Source of the DNA: a virus
Reading direction: 5' to 3' (one strand)
IMG/VR virus record: IMGVR_UViG_3300048914_000231
Location: 32,001-96,000 of that record
DNA length: 64,000 nucleotides
Shown here: positions 62,495 through 64,000 of the stretch, piece by piece
Layout of the letters: each line of letters opens with the position of its first letter
Numbering within the stretch: the stretch's first letter is position 1
Made by a program: the position numbers and the translations under genes
The notes under the pieces: model-generated
Database searches by the model: none
The model's input: only the letters and a program-made list of their open reading frames with translations
Told to the model about the DNA's origin: nothing

Positions 62495-63522
62495 TATTTG
62501 AGACCCAGACCTGCGTAGGCCATTTGGAGCAGCGGGCTGTGCGGATTCGGAGTCATTTCGCCTTTACTCTTGAGGGTCATACCGAGAATCGGCAGCATCA
62601 TTTGCATCTGATTCGACTGGCTCGCCGCAGTCCCTGTGCTATAGGGTTTCGAAAGGAGGTTCGTGTACAGGTTTCCTTTGGCGCCGGTTGTGATTTTCCC
62701 ATCCTGGTGCAACACGGTGATGGCGCGTTTCATCACCTCGTTCAGCTGACCGCCGTTCTTGAGCCACACAAAGAACATCAGAATTTTGTCGCGCACCTTG
62801 TCGGCGATGTAGCCCTCGGCGTTGCTGCTCGTGATGTTCATCTTGTGGATGAACTCGGCGTGCTCGGCCTGAATCTGCTCACCATCATGACGGTCGTCGA
62901 ACACCAGCAGCGCGGCGGCATTGTCGGTGCCCAGCTTGGCGATCAGCAGGTCGCCCGGCTTGTGCGTGATACTCGACACGCGTGGCGCTTTCGGCTCGGC
63001 TGCCGCAGGCGGCGCTGCGTCTTCGGGCCCGGCATCGGGCGCGTCTTCGCCTTTCGCTTCGATCGCGCCGGCATCGGGCTGCTTGGCTTCTTCACCGTCG
63101 CTGCCGTAGCCCGCCGGAACCGTCGTCTTTTTCTTGCCGCCTTTTTTGGCGCCGCCCTTCTTCGCCTTCACCGGCGTTTCGGGTTCGGCGGGGGCGGCAG
63201 CGACGGCGTCGATCGCGCCTTCGATGATCTCGTCGACCGGGTCGACGCTGACATCGGCGCCCTTCGCCTCGATCGTGCCGGCGTTGTCGCCCTCGATCGT
63301 TTCGAGAATCGAGTCGTCGAGACCGGCGAGTGGGTCGTTACCGGCCAGGGCCGCGATGTCGTTGACCAGATTGACCATGCCCGGCACACCGGCCGCTGCA
63401 TCGGTGGCGATCACGCTCTCGATGCTTGCGCCGCCCGCGTCGAGCGAGGACAGCAGGTCGTCGAGCATGGCGTCGCCCGCGTTGACGTCGGTGGCGACGA
63501 TGGTGTTTTCGGCTGCGTTCAT
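62494..63522 (-). CDS. Hypothetical protein with acidic disordered N-terminus and conserved-looking C-terminal domain
   Basis: 342 aa, AAGGAG RBS; YSTGTAASQ...MLPILG motif. Confidence 0.8.
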   Translation of the reverse strand: MNAAENTIVATDVNAGDAMLDDLLSSLDAGGASIESVIATDAAAGVPGMVNLVNDIAALAGNDPLAGLDDSILETIEGDNAGTIEAKGADVSVDPVDEIIEGAIDAVAAAPAEPETPVKAKKGGAKKGGKKKTTVPAGYGSDGEEAKQPDAGAIEAKGEDAPDAGPEDAAPPAAAEPKAPRVSSITHKPGDLLIAKLGTDNAAALLVFDDRHDGEQIQAEHAEFIHKMNITSSNAEGYIADKVRDKILMFFVWLKNGGQLNEVMKRAITVLHQDGKITTGAKGNLYTNLLSKPYSTGTAASQSNQMQMMLPILGMTLKSKGEMTPNPHSPLLQMAYAGLGLK

Positions 63523-63792
63523 GTGCTACTCCTTCGTGTTTGGTTTGATTGATCGCTTTGTGCGATGACCGTATTGTCAGACCCGGGATTTGGCACCGCA
63601 ACTGCTGAACCTGGCGACTTTTCCCGCTTCGCTGCTACGCTGTTTTGCTGCGCGCTGCATCGATGTATTGAAGTTTGAAGCGCGCGGACAGGCGCGACAA
63701 GCGCGCGGCATGGAAGGTTTCGACTTGATGAATGTGAGCCCGCGCGCGTAGCAGCGCATGCCCGGCGCAGGTCAGGAAGAGTGCGGGCCAAG

Positions 63793-63817
63793 AAAAAGGC
63801 GCCGTGTGGGCGCCTTT
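63793..63817 (-). terminator. Intrinsic terminator
   Basis: AAAGGCGCC-cacac-GGCGCCTTTTT on minus strand. Confidence 0.75.
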
Positions 63818-63821
63818 GCTA

Positions 63822-64000
63822 TCACAGTCCTGCGAACACGTCAGCCGGCACGCCCTGTCGCCTGATCTGGCTGATCCAGTTTTTGGTCGCGCGCGGATCG
63901 GACGGCGTGATCGACAGGGTCAGTTTCATCCCGCCATCCGGCGCCACGATGCGCTTGTGCCGGCCGCCAGTATGAATGGTCCAGCCGCGGTCCAGCAGCC
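63822..64000 (-). CDS. HicA-like (dsRBD-fold) protein, 5' end outside window
   Basis: My translation: RGWTIHTGGRHKRIVAPDG...ITPSDPRATKNWISQIRR. Confidence 0.6.
   Translation of the reverse strand, partial: LLDRGWTIHTGGRHKRIVAPDGGMKLTLSITPSDPRATKNWISQIRRQGVPADVFAGL

Larger units (their letters stand above)
1..64000. mobile_element. Large temperate siphophage / probable phage-plasmid (SSU5/pHCM2-like organisation); extends beyond both window edges
   Basis: Complete terminase-portal-scaffold-capsid-neck-tail-lysis series plus phage replication and early genes; no host housekeeping genes; family assignment inferred from gene content only. Confidence 0.9.

Noticed and set aside
1-64000. tRNA, rRNA, integrase or att sites
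   Set aside because: None recognised by eye; a tRNAscan/Infernal run would be needed to exclude them

Overview
The whole window is part of one large, GC-rich temperate tailed phage with a long non-contractile (sipho-type) tail. No host chromosomal genes, integrase, rRNA, tRNA or CRISPR array were seen. The gene set and order are DnaB-like helicase, Hfq-like protein, PhoH, lysis cassette, tail, head, terminase, a ParB/ParB/ABC-ATPase/GNAT block, a divergent SF2 helicase and many small early ORFs. As I recall it, this resembles SSU5/pHCM2-type phage-plasmids, here probably in a GC-rich proteobacterial host; this is inference, with no search run. Layout: 1-4.2 kb replication/auxiliary genes; 4.3-6.1 kb lysis; 6.2-35.4 kb tail and neck; 35.4-41.1 kb head and packaging; 41.4-46.0 kb accessory/anti-defence block including an Acb2 homologue; 46.1-50.6 kb the only plus-strand operon; 50.7-54.3 kb largely non-coding and repeat-rich; 54.3-64 kb small early genes. 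Most notable observations: (1) nine small ORFs at 48517-50635 chained by eight ATGGTRR start/stop overlaps, most sharing an SYExY...W core and a DxPxSEVTPW-like tail; (2) 13 copies of a palindromic AGTCA-N4-TGACT operator embedded in sigma70 promoters; (3) three homologous AT-rich elements flanked by inverted repeats; (4) a chromosome-type parS site inside a GGCC-free segment; (5) a Hint domain at the C-terminus of a 1878-aa tail fibre; (6) phage-encoded Hfq-like and Acb2 proteins. Many start codons were re-called from the ORF track using RBS and overlap context.
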